From: Vitrella brassicaformis CCMP3155
Lineage: Eukaryota > Protista > Chromerida
Length of the DNA: 64,000 nt
Assembly: GCA_001179505.1 (NCBI GenBank)
Contig: CDMY01000878.1
Span: forward strand, 179,395 to 243,394
Direction: 5' to 3'
In this document: piece after piece, positions 1 to 12,282 of the stretch
How the letters are laid out: each line of letters begins with the position of its first letter
Numbering within the stretch: position 1 is the first letter of the stretch
Made by a program: the position numbers and the translations under genes
The notes under the pieces: generated by a model
Seen by the model: the letters and a program-made list of their open reading frames with translations, nothing else
Databases searched by the model: none
What the model was told of the DNA's origin: nothing

Positions 1-124
1 ACATCAGCGCGTCGAGGGGGACCCCTTCACGTTTGTTGATCTGAGGCGCATCCAGAAGGTGAGCTCGAGGTGGAAAGGGGAAACACACATGCATTCCGCA
101 TGCCTACGCCTGTTCCTGTGTGTG

Positions 125-981
125 CAGCACGCGAACGCTGCCCGTCAGCCTGATGGAGTGCCGCCCAGTCAGCCGTCCGTTCAGCAGATGGGGCCCAGCA
201 CATCTGCCTCTGTTCGCCATGACGGCTCGTTTTTCTACGATAGCTACTCAGGGCAGCAGCTGAGGTACAGCAAAATGACGCACGCCTTTGCACTGGTATT
301 CTTGATGATTGTGTCTGTTTGTTCGAATGTCTGTCTGTCTGTCTGTCAAGGCATCCATTGGGTTGTGAGAGGGATGGCGACTTGTATGTGTGGGAGAGGT
401 CGTGGGAGTCACTCGGCGACCTATTCGACAACTTCCGCCTGCCTGACCCTTCACAAGACAGTGCAGAGTTCAACGCACCGGTAGGGACGGATTCATGGCG
501 TCTCTCCATCCGTGTGTGTTCTGTGTGTCAGCGGCTGCCTCCCATGTCGCACACAGTGGCCATGGACGCCTACAGAGAGCTCGACTGGCGGGATTACCTC
601 GATGCGGAGATGCACACGTGGGCAAAGGACACACGGGAGACAGCGGATAGGTGGAAAGTGTGTGTATCTGTGTATCTGTGTGATTTACATGGAAAGTCCT
701 GGTAGCACGTACTCGACGCAGTCGACAACCGTGACGCTCACCAAGGGGGTAACTTCTGACAGAGTTGTTTCGGCATGGAGTGAGTGTGGATCTCTCTCTC
801 TCTCTCTGTGTGTCTCTCTCTCTCTCTGTGTGTGTGTCTGTGTGTCTGTGTGTGTGTGTGTCTGTGTGTGTGTGTGTGTGTGTAGGCGCCTGACAGTGAA
901 GTATTTGAGCCTCTTAGCAAGGCTCTGAGGGAGAACGCTGACTATATGCGCTACGTGTGGAGAACGGGATGCCTCATGTAG
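125..981 (+). CDS. Hypothetical multi-exon protein (3' part; start and last exon uncertain)
   Basis: GT-AG exons join in frame: ...FFYDSYSGQQLR|HPLGCERDGDLYVWERSWESLGDLFDNF...NAP|RLPPMSHTVAMDAYRELDWRDYLDAEMHTW. Introns are microsatellite-rich. No family recognised. Confidence 0.5.
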
Positions 982-1074
982 ACGTAGATTTGACGTGTAG
1001 ATCATGATTATCTGTGGTGCACAGAGGTAGGGCCAGCCGCGTGTAGAGTGACTGATCTCTGCATGCGATGGATC

Positions 1075-1600
1075 TCACAGACAACAGGTTGAGGTGCCAA
1101 AACGGTGCGTTGACTGATGGCTGGCACCTCTGTCTGCTATGGACTGTCCATACGTCCGATGGCTGTCTGTCTGTCTTTTTTCTTCCTTCCTCCTTGGCCT
1201 CATTGCATGAGTGCAGGCCGTGTCAGTCGAGTCCCCGCTTGCGAAACGTGGTGCGGGAGCTGCGCCGTTCCACGCATCCCAAACGAGATCATCAACAACA
1301 CGACGCGCAGCGCACGCAGCCGAGGCAGACACAGCATCAAGATGCTCGCAAAGCGGGCAGCAGAGAGCTTCCTCCTTCCCCTCTTTCTCAGTCCGTCGCG
1401 CACCCACCCAGGCACCCGCAATGCGCATCCCTTGACCCACACGAAAAAGCTTGAGGGCAGCAGCGACGAGAAACACCCATCCATCCATCCATCAAACAGA
1501 CACACGCACACACGGGGGGCCGCTGAATTCACCTGGACAACAAATGCCCTCAAACCTAACCAAAGCCTGAGCCCTGAGCCCCTGATCTGACACCCACCCC
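1075..1600 (-). CDS. Possible small hypothetical protein
   Basis: Exon-like, non-repetitive ORF (LFRVGQGMRIAGAW...LCCPLCEHLDAV) after a GATG-rich intron-like tract. No homology recognised. Confidence 0.25.
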
Positions 1601-1713
1601 ACCACCCTCCCTCACTCCCTCCCTGCCTCAATTCTTCCTTCTGTCCTTGCTGCTTAGACACAAATCGCAGAGGACTGCTTAGACTGCGGGGGAGGGGCTT
1701 GTGTGAGCTTCAA

Positions 1714-2951
1714 TTACTGAATCACCATCCCCCCTCCGCCCCTCTGCCCCCATCCGGAAGCACACCCACCGCTCGGACCCCACGAGTGCATGCCCGTGCC
1801 CATGCCCGTCTCAGGCATCCACTCGTGGCCGTCAAAACACTCGCGGCACTCGAAGTCGTAGTGCTCCTGCTCGAGCTGCTGCTGCTGGGAAAACCACTCC
1901 TCGGCACAGGCGTACTCGTACTCATCGACGGGATGCGGCACGGGTGAGCCGACGGGGAGCATGAAGACGTCCTCAGCGATGGTGCACATGGCCTCTGCCG
2001 GCAGGTCGCGCAGCGGCATCTGCACCACACTGTAGCTGAACTGCTGCTGCTCCTGCTGCTCTTGGGGGGAGTGAGGGGGAGGGGTCGAAGGCAAGGCTGA
2101 GCTGCCGCCATCACGGCAGAGGTGCGCCATCGGGCCCTGGCCGTAGGGGTAGAAGCTCTTTTCACACATGTAGCCCTTCTCGTACATCTGCACGCCGTCA
2201 TCAGCCCCTCCTCCCTTGCGCATGCCCTTGATGCCGCCGATGCTGCTGCTGCTGCTGCTGGGCACAAACTCCTTGGCGCTCGCGTTCAGCCGGGACTGGC
2301 ACTTGGGTGTCGTCGTGTCGACGACGTGTGCCTTGCCGCTGCCGCTGCCGGTGCTGGTGCTGGTGCTGGGGGCAGGGTGCGCCACCTCCGGTCCGCGCTT
2401 GTCTGCACTGAGGGCCTTGACAGACGTCTTGGAAGCCGCCAGGGAGAAGGGTACGGGTGCTGGTGCTGATGGTGTGGGTGTGGGTGTGGGTGTGGTGACT
2501 TCGGGTGCTGTGTTGTTGCTGCTGTTGACAGGGGGTGGTGAGGGGGGAGGTGTGGGGGGCAGGATGGGCCGGTTGGGGTCAGGGATGGTGCTGCGGCTGG
2601 CTAGCTTCTTGCCGCTGTCGGGGGGGCAGACGAGCCTGTGGATGCGCTTGAACTGCATGACACACAGACAGGTGTTGTACGACATGCCCACGATGGGCGT
2701 GTGCATCTGTTCGACGTACCTGGTTCTGCGATAGCCACGCGCTCTTCTTCCACTTGCCGTCCTCTGAGCAATCTGCGACACACGAGAAGAAGCACACACG
2801 CCCATGCCCATGGCCCACACGCGGATGCACGTGTGTGTGCGTGCGCTGGCTTACAGCTGATGATCCTGTCCAGAGTGGCCGTGACGTTCTGCCGCACAGC
2901 CGGCGGCAGGTCGCGCTGCAAATCCCTCTCGAGCTCAATTATCATCTGCAC

Positions 2952-2983
<32 letters not shown>

Positions 2984-4941
2984 GCACCATAGGTGCAATG
3001 TGAACACACACTCGCGCATCTGTCGGTCGCTCACTCACTCACCGTCCAGGTCATCTCATGTTCCTCCCTCTCCCTGCTCCATACACCGCTCTCGCGACCA
3101 AACAGATCGTCGACACGGTCCATCAGATGGGCACTGGTGGTGGCGTCGCCCTCGGAGCTGTCGATGTGTGTCTTAGTGTGTGTCGGCAGCATGATGTCGC
3201 TGTGCAGCGTGCCGAGGGCCTGGCGCCACTCGGCAAGCTCGAGACGCCGCTCCTTGACGCGGCGCAGGTAGATGCGGGCCTTCTCCATCTGCAGACCATC
3301 ACACACACATGCGGGTGTGCTTGTGTTAGGGAGGGGTGCGTGTGTGTGTGTGTGTGCGTGGGTACATCTAATTTCATGTTGGGGTAGAGCGAGTCGATCT
3401 TGGCGTCGCCGTTCGGGAAATGCTCCAGACAGAGGTCCTCCAACTTGCTGCAGTGCACGACCAACGACCAAGCACCCACACAGAACCAACCCCAGCTGCA
3501 CTGCACTCCCTGTCCCTCTCCGATGGTCCAGCCATGTCATGTGTTGTACCTAGAGATGTTGAGTGCGCATCCCACGGCAGCGTTGTTGGCGCAGTGGAAG
3601 ATGGAGGGGTGGATATCGCCGAGGCGCCAGCGGGGAAAGGCCACGTCCAGCGACCTCAGACACGACCTCACGCGATTCGAATACTCTACCTGCACCACAA
3701 GGCAGCAGGACAAACCACACAGGGGCCATAGATGCGCGTGTTGGTTGGTGGCACATGCGGGTGTTGGCGTCATGGCGTCACCTTCTCCCTCTTGGCGGCT
3801 TCCTCCTCGACGGTCCGCGCCTGCCGAATGCGCGCCAGCATCCCGCTCAGCACGTCTGCCTGCTGCTGCGTGATCCACCGCCGCTCCGCCCCTCTGCTGT
3901 CGTCGTGTGTGCGCGAGTTGAGCGCCGCCTCGAGCACACGGATGGTGCGCTCCTTGAGGTACTGTGGCGGCTTGGTGAACCACGGAGCATCGCCCAACGC
4001 AGCCAGCGACTGCACACATACAAGACACTCATGTGACATCAGTCAGTGTCGATGTGGTGTTGTTGCAGGCACCCACCCACTCACTGACCTCGAAGAGTTT
4101 CAGCCGCTCTGCGTCGGTCTTCTTGTATATCTCGTCAGTGTGGGCGAAGAAAGTCTCGAGCAGCAGGCCCTGGCCGTGCTTCTTGGGGGCGGAGATCAGA
4201 TCGTCAAACACCGCACTCAACTTCCAGATACACCACACACAGACACACACACACAGAGAGAGAGAGAGAGATGGGGATGTGTATACAGCGCGATATATGT
4301 GTGTGTCTGCCCAGTGTGCACATCGATGTCGCCCACACTGACCAGTTTGCGGAAGTCGGGTGACTCCTGTGAGGCCGAGGGGGGTCGGCGTGTCGAGGAC
4401 GGACAGGCCGGCCTCTTGCACGGATCACGACCACGACCCAGAAACCGCAGCGCGATACGAACCTGCCACACACAACGCACACACACAGGTGAACGAAACA
4501 GCAAGGAAAACCCTTCACAGGCCCACTGACGTCTTCGCGCAGGTCGCTATCGAGAGGGTCCTCCTGGTGTGCCGCCAACACGCGCTCCCGCCACTGCAGG
4601 AGGTTGACGAGGTGCCGCCTCAGAGCAGTGCCGCGCTCACACAACGCCACGGCAGCCTGCTCCGTCCGCCACTGCGGATGCAGCTTCGTCACACCCGCCA
4701 GGATGCCCTTCAGCTTGTCATTGAACTTGTCACGGTACCGCTCCGCGCACTGCGACGTGCACTGCGTGTGAGCCTGTGACACAACAACACGGCGACGATG
4801 CTGCAAATGGAGCTTTTGGCCGCTTCTTTGGTGAGTGTGTTGACTGACCTTCGATTCCCCGCCTGAGCAGCTGTTTGCAGCGGGCGATGCCTGCCGCTCG
4901 TGGCGAGGAGGGATGGCAGTCTTGGGTTTGGCTGAGGCCAT
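1714..4941 (-). CDS. Large multi-exon helical protein with C-terminal PAM2 (PABP-interacting) motif
   Basis: About 9 exon-like segments separated by CA/TG-rich introns (MASAKPK..., ERYRDKFNDKLKG..., VEYSNRVRSCLRSL..., MEKARIYLRRVKE...). The final long exon contains SRLNASAKEFVPS at about 2258-2295, matching the PAM2 consensus. Confidence 0.6.
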
Positions 4942-5216
4942 GTCCCCTCTGCCTCTATCCTCCTTCATACCCGAAGGAAGAGCCATCATCAAAACGACGC
5001 AAGAGAGGTTTTCTCGCTGAGGTCGTTTCATCCACTGCCCTATTCCAGAGCGCGCCAGAGATCTCCGCACCGTTGGGAGCAGGTACGTCACGAAGGGATG
5101 CATTGAATTGCCAACGTAGACGTCCTCGATAACCAGTGTCACATTCTTGCAGTGCCCTTGTGCCTGATCTCCATCGCTCGACGTGCTCTTTGGCAATCGC
5201 ATCTCGTCTGCGGCTC

Positions 5217-6858
5217 ATGGCGCCACCTCCTATCGAGAGGACAATGGTGAGTGAGAACACAGGAGATGGATGGCAGCTGGCTGCGAGTCAATGTAATGGA
5301 TGTATGTGTGTATCTCTCTGGATGGCCGGCTGCATGGTCAGAGCGTATCAAGCTGGGCATTGAGTCGGGGCTTGTTCCCACCACAGGTACGGTACGCAGG
5401 AAGACACAGAGAAGCAGGCAGGCAGGCAGGCAGGCAGGCATTGTGACTTCGATTGATGTGGCGTGCAGGTCAATCTCCCGGGTACTGCCATCAACCTGTG
5501 TCTGCACATGAAGGACTTGCCACTGAGGGACGACCTGGTCAAGCTGTTCGAGTCGCATCTCCTCCAGTACCACAGAATGAGGTACTTAGCAGACAAACAA
5601 ACGTTTGTCGTCTGATTGTCGATTCCGTCCTTCAGGTCAGTGCCTTCGGGCTGGTCCTGGCGCGAGGTCCCTGTCACGGTTCAAGCGCATTTCACCGAGC
5701 ACACCGTCCGATCCACAGAGGACCTTCACAGCACGATCGAAGCCGTTATGGACCGGCCGCTCGACAAGACGCGCCCACTTTGGGAGGTGCACCTAATGTC
5801 TGCCGTCGCAAGAACCGACACGTCGTCATCGTGCCTGGTGCTCCGCATCGACCACGCCATCGCTGACGGCCTGGGCGTCTTCATGTTGCTGCACCAGTGC
5901 GGCTTCATCCGAACCCAGGCCAAGGACGAGGTGCTTCCTCTTTTGGACCTCATAGGTATCAGAGCCGACACCCACACTCCTGCGACATCCACCGGCACTT
6001 CCGAGAGCGGGACAGAGAGCGAGTGGACAAAGGTGGGCGGGCGAGAGCAGCAGCCCCTCGTGCAGGGCAGGCGTCGGAGTCGGACGTGGTTCCAGTGGGC
6101 GGTTGGCGTTTACCACTTCATCCACGCCTTGGTGGCTGCTATTGGCCACACGCTGGGCAGGTACGACGGCAGCTTCTCATTCAATGGGGGGCTGGGCCGC
6201 AGGAAAAGGCTCACCTATGGGCGGCGAAAGGTAACGCACCGACATACAGACAGACAGACAGACAGGGACATGGACGATGTGGTGGAGTGATCGGTGCCTG
6301 TGCCTGTGTCAGCTCGTCGTATTTCCGTCTCTGCGTCTGTCGTACCTGAAAGCCATCAAGAAGGCTGCAGGGGACGTGTCCCTCACCGATGTGCTGCTCG
6401 CGATATTCACTGGGGCGATCAGGAGGTGAGGTGGGGGCAATGTGAAACTGAATCGTTGGAGAGTACGTATTCGTGGCTGGTGGCTGGTGGCTGGTGGCTG
6501 ATTGTTGTGTAGATATGGAGGTCTTGTTGACGACCCCCTGCTGAAGTCTGAGGGTGGGACAGCCCTCCTGCGGGCGCTCACAGCCTTCGCCCTACCGAGA
6601 CTACAGATGGCGCTGCCAAGGTCGGCTGGCTAAGTAGAACATCTCTCTCCCGGTGTAGTCTTCCGTGTATGCATTCATTTTGTAACCAACCCTCTGCAGG
6701 TCGCTCGATGATGATGTGCCCGCGAGCCGTGTGCTGCGTCAGGGCTTCATGGTGGTGTCCACACAGCTGCCCATACACATCACGGACGCCAAGGAGAGGC
6801 TCATGCAAATGGCACAGGTGACTGAGGGAGGGGGGTGCGTGCGTGAATCGCTTACCCG

Positions 6859-6898
<40 letters not shown>

Positions 6899-7364
6899 TT
6901 CAGGAAACGGCCAGTTTGAAGAGTCGGCAGCAGCCGACGGCGACATACCGTGTGCTGGCTGCCGTGGGCCAGCTGGCGCCCTGGTCTGTCACGTCACGGC
7001 TACTCCTGGGCTACTTCGCACGCCACTCTTTCGTCGCCTCCAATGTCCCCGGACCGCGGCAACTGTGCACATTCGCCGGGAAACCTGTCCACGACGTGCA
7101 GGTGAGCTGACGAAGCCACACAGGCACTAAAATCAATACGTCTGTAGCTATGTGTGTGGGTGTGTGTGTGTGACACAGGTGGTGTATCCAGATCTGCTGC
7201 CGCAGCTGTTTTTCTTGAGCTACGCCGGGCGCGTGCGATCCAATCTCATCGTGGACCCGGACCTGTGGCCGCAGTATGACCAGCTGGGGGCTCTGGTCGT
7301 GGCTGAGGCGCGGGAGCTGGCGAGGGCTGTCGGGGTGACGCACGGAGACCCCCTACAAGACTAG
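5217..7364 (+). CDS. WSD1: Wax ester synthase / diacylglycerol acyltransferase (WS/DGAT, WSD1 family)
   Basis: In-frame splicing gives MAPPPIERTM|SVSSWALSRGLFPPQ|VNLPGTAINLCL..., then MDRPLDKTRPLWEVHL, the acyltransferase motif RIDHAIADG (about 5844-5870), and C-terminal VASNVPGP and LFFLSYAGRV. Confidence 0.9.
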
Positions 7365-8804
7365 AACAGAACCAAGTGAAGTCCTGGCTGTTTTTCTCTT
7401 TTTGATGCATGAGTCGTAATTTTGTGACTGTAAGTATCAGCTTTATGCATCTCACAAAGCGTCAGATGTCAGTCGCATTTTTCGTAGGCGCTTTATGACG
7501 CCTTTGCGCTTTTTTCCGTGGCACGGCGCTGTGCGCGCTGTCGTGACTGATGCGGGGGGCATGTTGTGGCGCATGTTGACAATGAATGGCGAGGCCCACG
7601 GTGTCAACTGTACTGTGCTGGACGCTTATATCGCTTCGTGTGTCTGGGTGGGTGTGACACTTTCCTGACCCCCTGGGCCTTATCTGATGCACTGAATGAT
7701 GACCATTGGATTGTTTGGAGGGGCCAAGACGCACACGCCAACATACTCGTGAAAGACTACGGACTTCAAGGGAGCTCTCTGTTGTGGCTGGATGGATGTA
7801 TGTGTGTGTGGTGAGTGAATGACTGAATGACATTGATTGCATTTGATCGATGTGTTAACCAATGGTAGTCCGCATTGGCTGGCTTGCATGAACGGACCAT
7901 CTTTGTGGTCTGACCTGCGTGTTCAGCGGGGAGAGAAGGAGGCCAGCCAGCCAGCCAGACAGACAGACAGACAGGCACTGGTTGGAGTGAGCCACTCCCA
8001 CGCCGACTGGATGTCACTGACGTGGATGCCTACGTGCATGGAAAGCCAGAAACCTGTCGTTGCATGACACACTGGATGGATGGATGGATATGAGTGTGTG
8101 CACCTATGAGTTTGTCTGTCTGTCTGCAGTCATCACGACGAACACACACGCACAGCCATTCATGACACACATACATTCAGCATGCACGTACTGTACAGTG
8201 AACAACGTGAGCTGCTCTTTCACCGAAAGCAATTCATCCAAAGTGGGCCGGGCTCACTGCGGGTGAATGATGTGACTTCCGAAGTGCCCTGTGAGCCAAT
8301 CGGGAGGGCTCCCTCGCCCCCATCTGCCAACTCAGCTGATCGATGCGAGCCTGAGAAACGTGCCGAGAACAACAGACATTCCCCGGTGCGCCATTGGAGG
8401 CACAGTGCGGCCCTGGAGCGGATGCCCAGGCCCTCTTGCTGAGCGGACGAGTCCGTTTCCATCGCTCAGCCGCTTCTCGTGTGCAAACTGATCCATCAGC
8501 GGCTTATCGTCACTGCCGAACGCCAATAGCCGAACGCACCACGTAGCGGCCTCTCGTCCGACGGTGAGTCGGAAGATGCGGCGATTGGCACATTCACAAA
8601 CAGACTAGGACGATCTGTTTGCGGACTTGTTGGTTGATTGAGCGTGTGCGGCTGGCCGCCGGCTCATACTTTGATAGGCAAGCACTGATGCACACAACAC
8701 ATGCATCAGGTGCCTGCAGGCCATCTGTGTGCGTGGTCCATGGTGCAGCTGTCCGTCTGTTTGAGTGAGTGAGAGCGATGTCGTCGGGTCGTCAGGACAG
8801 CGAC

Positions 8805-11315
8805 ATGGCCCCTGCTGGCCCGGTGGACGGTGGCGGTACCGATGAAGGTACACGCAGCTCAGACAGATGCAGCACATCACACATCACACACAGCATCATC
8901 GTGTGTGTGGATGTGTGTGTTCCTTTGCAGACGATGTAGCCGAGGAGGAGACCAACGGTGGCGGTCAGCACATAGGGAACAAAGACAATCGCAATGATGG
9001 CGTTGACAAGGGTGAGCGACGGGCTGTGAGATATAGCAAGCAGCACGGTCACGACTGCTCGTCTGTATGTGTGCAGGTGTTGGTGGCGGTGTTAGCGGTG
9101 TTGGCCGTGTTTGTGGGAGTCGCGGTGTCGGCGTCGGTGAGGGTGCTGGCGGGCAGCAGCGCAGCGGGCAGAGCCGGAGACGACAGAACAGAGGTACACG
9201 CCGGCCGACCCACCGCCACACAAATCAGAATCGCCGCTCGAGCTCCCTGTTGTGCCAACCACAGGTGCGCCGTTACCACCTGGGTGGAAGAGCTCGGGGG
9301 TCGACGTCAGCGTCCCTGCTGGCACTGGTGACGCCAGCTTGATTCTGTCCAAGGGCATCATGGAGCGCGCCATCACTGACGCACAGCAGGTCACGGACGT
9401 TATCCAGCAGCAGGGATCGGATCCCGACTTGATGGCGGGGCTGCGGGCGAGCTCTACGGGTGCCTATTTAGCCTATTCTATGCTCTCGCTGTGCATTGAC
9501 AACCCCATCGACAACAGCGTGCCGTCCATCTGGGCATACGACGGCGATGCTGGTGCGCGTCCGGTCGTCATGCCCATGTGGCAGACCCCCGGCCTCCAGC
9601 TCGCCGTCATGCAGGCTCTGATCGACAACGGCGCCGACATCAATGCGGGTCAGAGCAGCGACCATACGCCCATCCGAGTGTCCATCGCTTCGTGCAACCC
9701 GGAGGCATTCGGCCTCCTGATGGGCCAGCCAGGTACACACCCATTCACAGCATGGTTTACGTCTGTCTTTCTGTCTGTCTGTCTGTCTCTTCCAGGCATC
9801 TAGCTGCAGGGGCGATACGTGATCGGTCTGCCGCCCACATTGCCGACGGACCAGCCGAATGAGGACAGCGAGGCCACGCTGCTGTCCTTCTACCGGCAGC
9901 TCATCCAGCGGGACAGCACACTCGCGACTGAGCGGGACCCGTGTGGCACCTTGAACCTGGTGCCTTGGGCGGCCTCGAGCCATCCCGTCTGGTCTCAGCA
10001 ATTCATCGAGAGCTACATCGACCTGCTGGTGGCCAACGGGGTGGACATCGCGGCCGTGGACAACGAGGGAGGGACGCCATTGCATTTCGCGACCTACAGC
10101 GGCTCCCACCGTGTCGCTGCCTCTCTCTGCCGCCGTCTCACCGCTGCTGACATCAACAGAGGGACGCTGCATGCCCCCACGCACACACCCCTCCTCGTCG
10201 CCGCCCTACAGCTCTATGACGACACACAACGGCTGCGGGACATCACGGAGCAGGCCGAGAGGGATCGGGCCACCATCCGGATCTCCAACCTCAAGACCAC
10301 CATCCGTGTGCTCCTAACTGTCGGTGGCGACATCGCCCTCATGCCCACAGCCACAGAGCGAGAACGCCGTCTTCGCAAGCTGGTGGTGGCGGAGCGCGGG
10401 ACAGTTGTCAAGGAGCTGATCATTCCCGAGCTGCGCCCTGCCACCATCGAGGCGCAGGAGCGGCTGCAGAAGCTGAAGGAGCACCGCGACAAACACAACA
10501 CACACAAGAGGCGGCAGGCCACGCGAGAGGCCAGGGAAGCCCCCACAGCGGCCGAGTTGGCGCGGCAGCAGAGGGAAGCCGACGCCAAAGCGGAGGCTCT
10601 CATCAGAGAGGAGGAGGCAACTATGGCGAAGGCGGGCAAGAAGAAGAGCAAGGGGGGCAAGGGGCAGACGAAGACGGGCAAGGGGCAGCCCAGCACAGCC
10701 ACAGCCACCTCCACCTCCACCAGCAGCCCGCCGGGTGGCGAAGACGACCAGGCGGACAGCACTGTGGCAGCGGATGACGCTGAGGAGGACAGCGACGCCC
10801 TGCTGCTGGAGTCTACCTTCGCCAGCCGCGCCATCGAAAGGCAGAAGCAGACAACCAACCCCAAACAGTACAAGGCGGCGGCACCCACCAGACCCGAGCC
10901 AGCTACCCACACCGAAGAGTCGACTCGTCCCCCCTTCTCGCCCTTCCAGCCCCCCACGGCCAAGCACAAAACGACTGAGCAGCTGTCAGCTGACCGTCTG
11001 CTGCTCTCCCGCCCCAGCGGCATGTCGACGGCCGACCAGACGCCCCGCGAGGAGCGCCTGCCGCGCCCATCGGCAGGCAGCAAGTTGGGCAGAGGCAGGG
11101 GGCTGGGCGTGCCAGCTGCTGCACCATCCTCAGCGGCTCGGCCGGTCCCTCCCTCTCCCTGTCTGCCGTCGGCTGAGGAGCTGCGCGAGTCGGCCAAGCG
11201 GCCTTCGTTTGTGTCGTCGACCCCACCCCCTCCGCCCCTCCCACCTGCACACCAACCGGCGAGCGGTGCCGATGAGGAATTCCCGCCTCTAGGGCATGTG
11301 TCACAGCAGCTGTAA
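8805..11315 (+). pseudogene. Ankyrin-repeat family gene with in-frame TAG (9801-9803) and a non-family low-complexity C-terminal tail
   Basis: Exons at about 8805-8847, 8931-9011, 9079-9193, 9261-9732 and 9796-11315 join in frame. Ankyrin motifs: QALIDNGADIN, TPIRVSI, DLLVANGVDIAAVDNEGGTPLHFA, HTPLLVA. After the 63-nt intron the frame reads PG-I-TAG-LQGRYV. Confidence 0.75.
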
Positions 11316-11689
11316 GCAGACAGACACAGAGAAGGGGATGGACGGATGTGCACAATGAATGGCGCTGCTGTGTGTCGTCGTCTCTCTTTGTATCAGTGAC
11401 GGCCTGTTTGCCTCTTCGTCAAGTGGGTATCGTCCCTCATATCACCGCGGCCCTCCGCCACTCGTCAAGTACCCCAAGTCAGGCACATACAGGCCGATAT
11501 GAGGCCACCTCACGGACACACCGGTGGGTGACGGTTCTGCATGCAACTCTTCAGGCCGTTGGGGACTTCGTTGAGTCACGACGACACCCGTCAGTCGCCA
11601 TTCTGCGAGCCAAGGTGCGTATACGTGAGCTGCCGACCAACACACGCCACATGGCCGCCACCAAATCGCCATGTCTGTGTTGCATCGTG

Positions 11690-12269
11690 TCAGATCCGCG
11701 TTTGATGCCTGTCCCTCGTCCAGTAGCTACGACCATCCCAGTGCTGCACCAGCAGCAGCAGCAGCCGCATTCGCAACAGCATCAGCATCATACCAAGAGC
11801 CACTACTAGCGTGGACAGGCTGACCCACCCACACCACACCACACAGGCGGCTCGTCACGTATTGGCTTTGCGTGTGCTACCAGGTCATCGCACTATGATG
11901 AGGGCGGACAGGACGCCCCGGTGTCGGCACACCTTGCTGCTGCTCCCAATGCTGTAGATGATAGGTGGGTGTCGATTGGCTGTCTCACTTCTCAGTGTCC
12001 ACATGTCTGTATGTGTGTGTATGTGTGTGTGTGTGTGCAGGGTGGGCGTGTCGTTGCGGGAGGCTCAGCTGCAGCGCGAGAATGAGGAGCTCAAGCGAAG
12101 GTACACACAATCCCATAATACAGCACATGAGAATGAAACGAAACTGTCCCGTTGGTCGGTCAGACTTGCCGAGCTCACCACCGCCCAGCAGCACCAGCAT
12201 CCTTCCCCCGGACATCCCTCTGGCCAGCTGATACATACATTTCACACACAATCAAACGTAGATCAGTGA
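11690..12269 (+). CDS. Hypothetical small protein with coiled-coil segment (5' end uncertain)
   Basis: GT-AG-bounded exons at about 11693, 11883, 12041-12101 (VSLREAQLQRENEELKR) and 12163-12269. Confidence 0.4.
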
Positions 12270-12282
12270 GTCAGTGAGTTAG

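Noticed and set aside
5216-5219. One palindromic CATG serving as start codon for both WS/DGAT (+) and a minus-strand ORF (MSRRRDAIAKEH...)
   Set aside because: The minus ORF stops at 4955 and does not splice convincingly into the upstream gene, which has a better start (MASAKPK, 4941).
7460-8300. Short ORFs after WS/DGAT (e.g. 7566-7814)
   Set aside because: They are short, have no motif and no supporting exon chain.
8792-9279. Minus-strand hydrophobic ORFs resembling a small membrane protein
   Set aside because: The plus strand has a clean in-frame GT-AG exon chain belonging to the ankyrin gene, so these are shadow ORFs.
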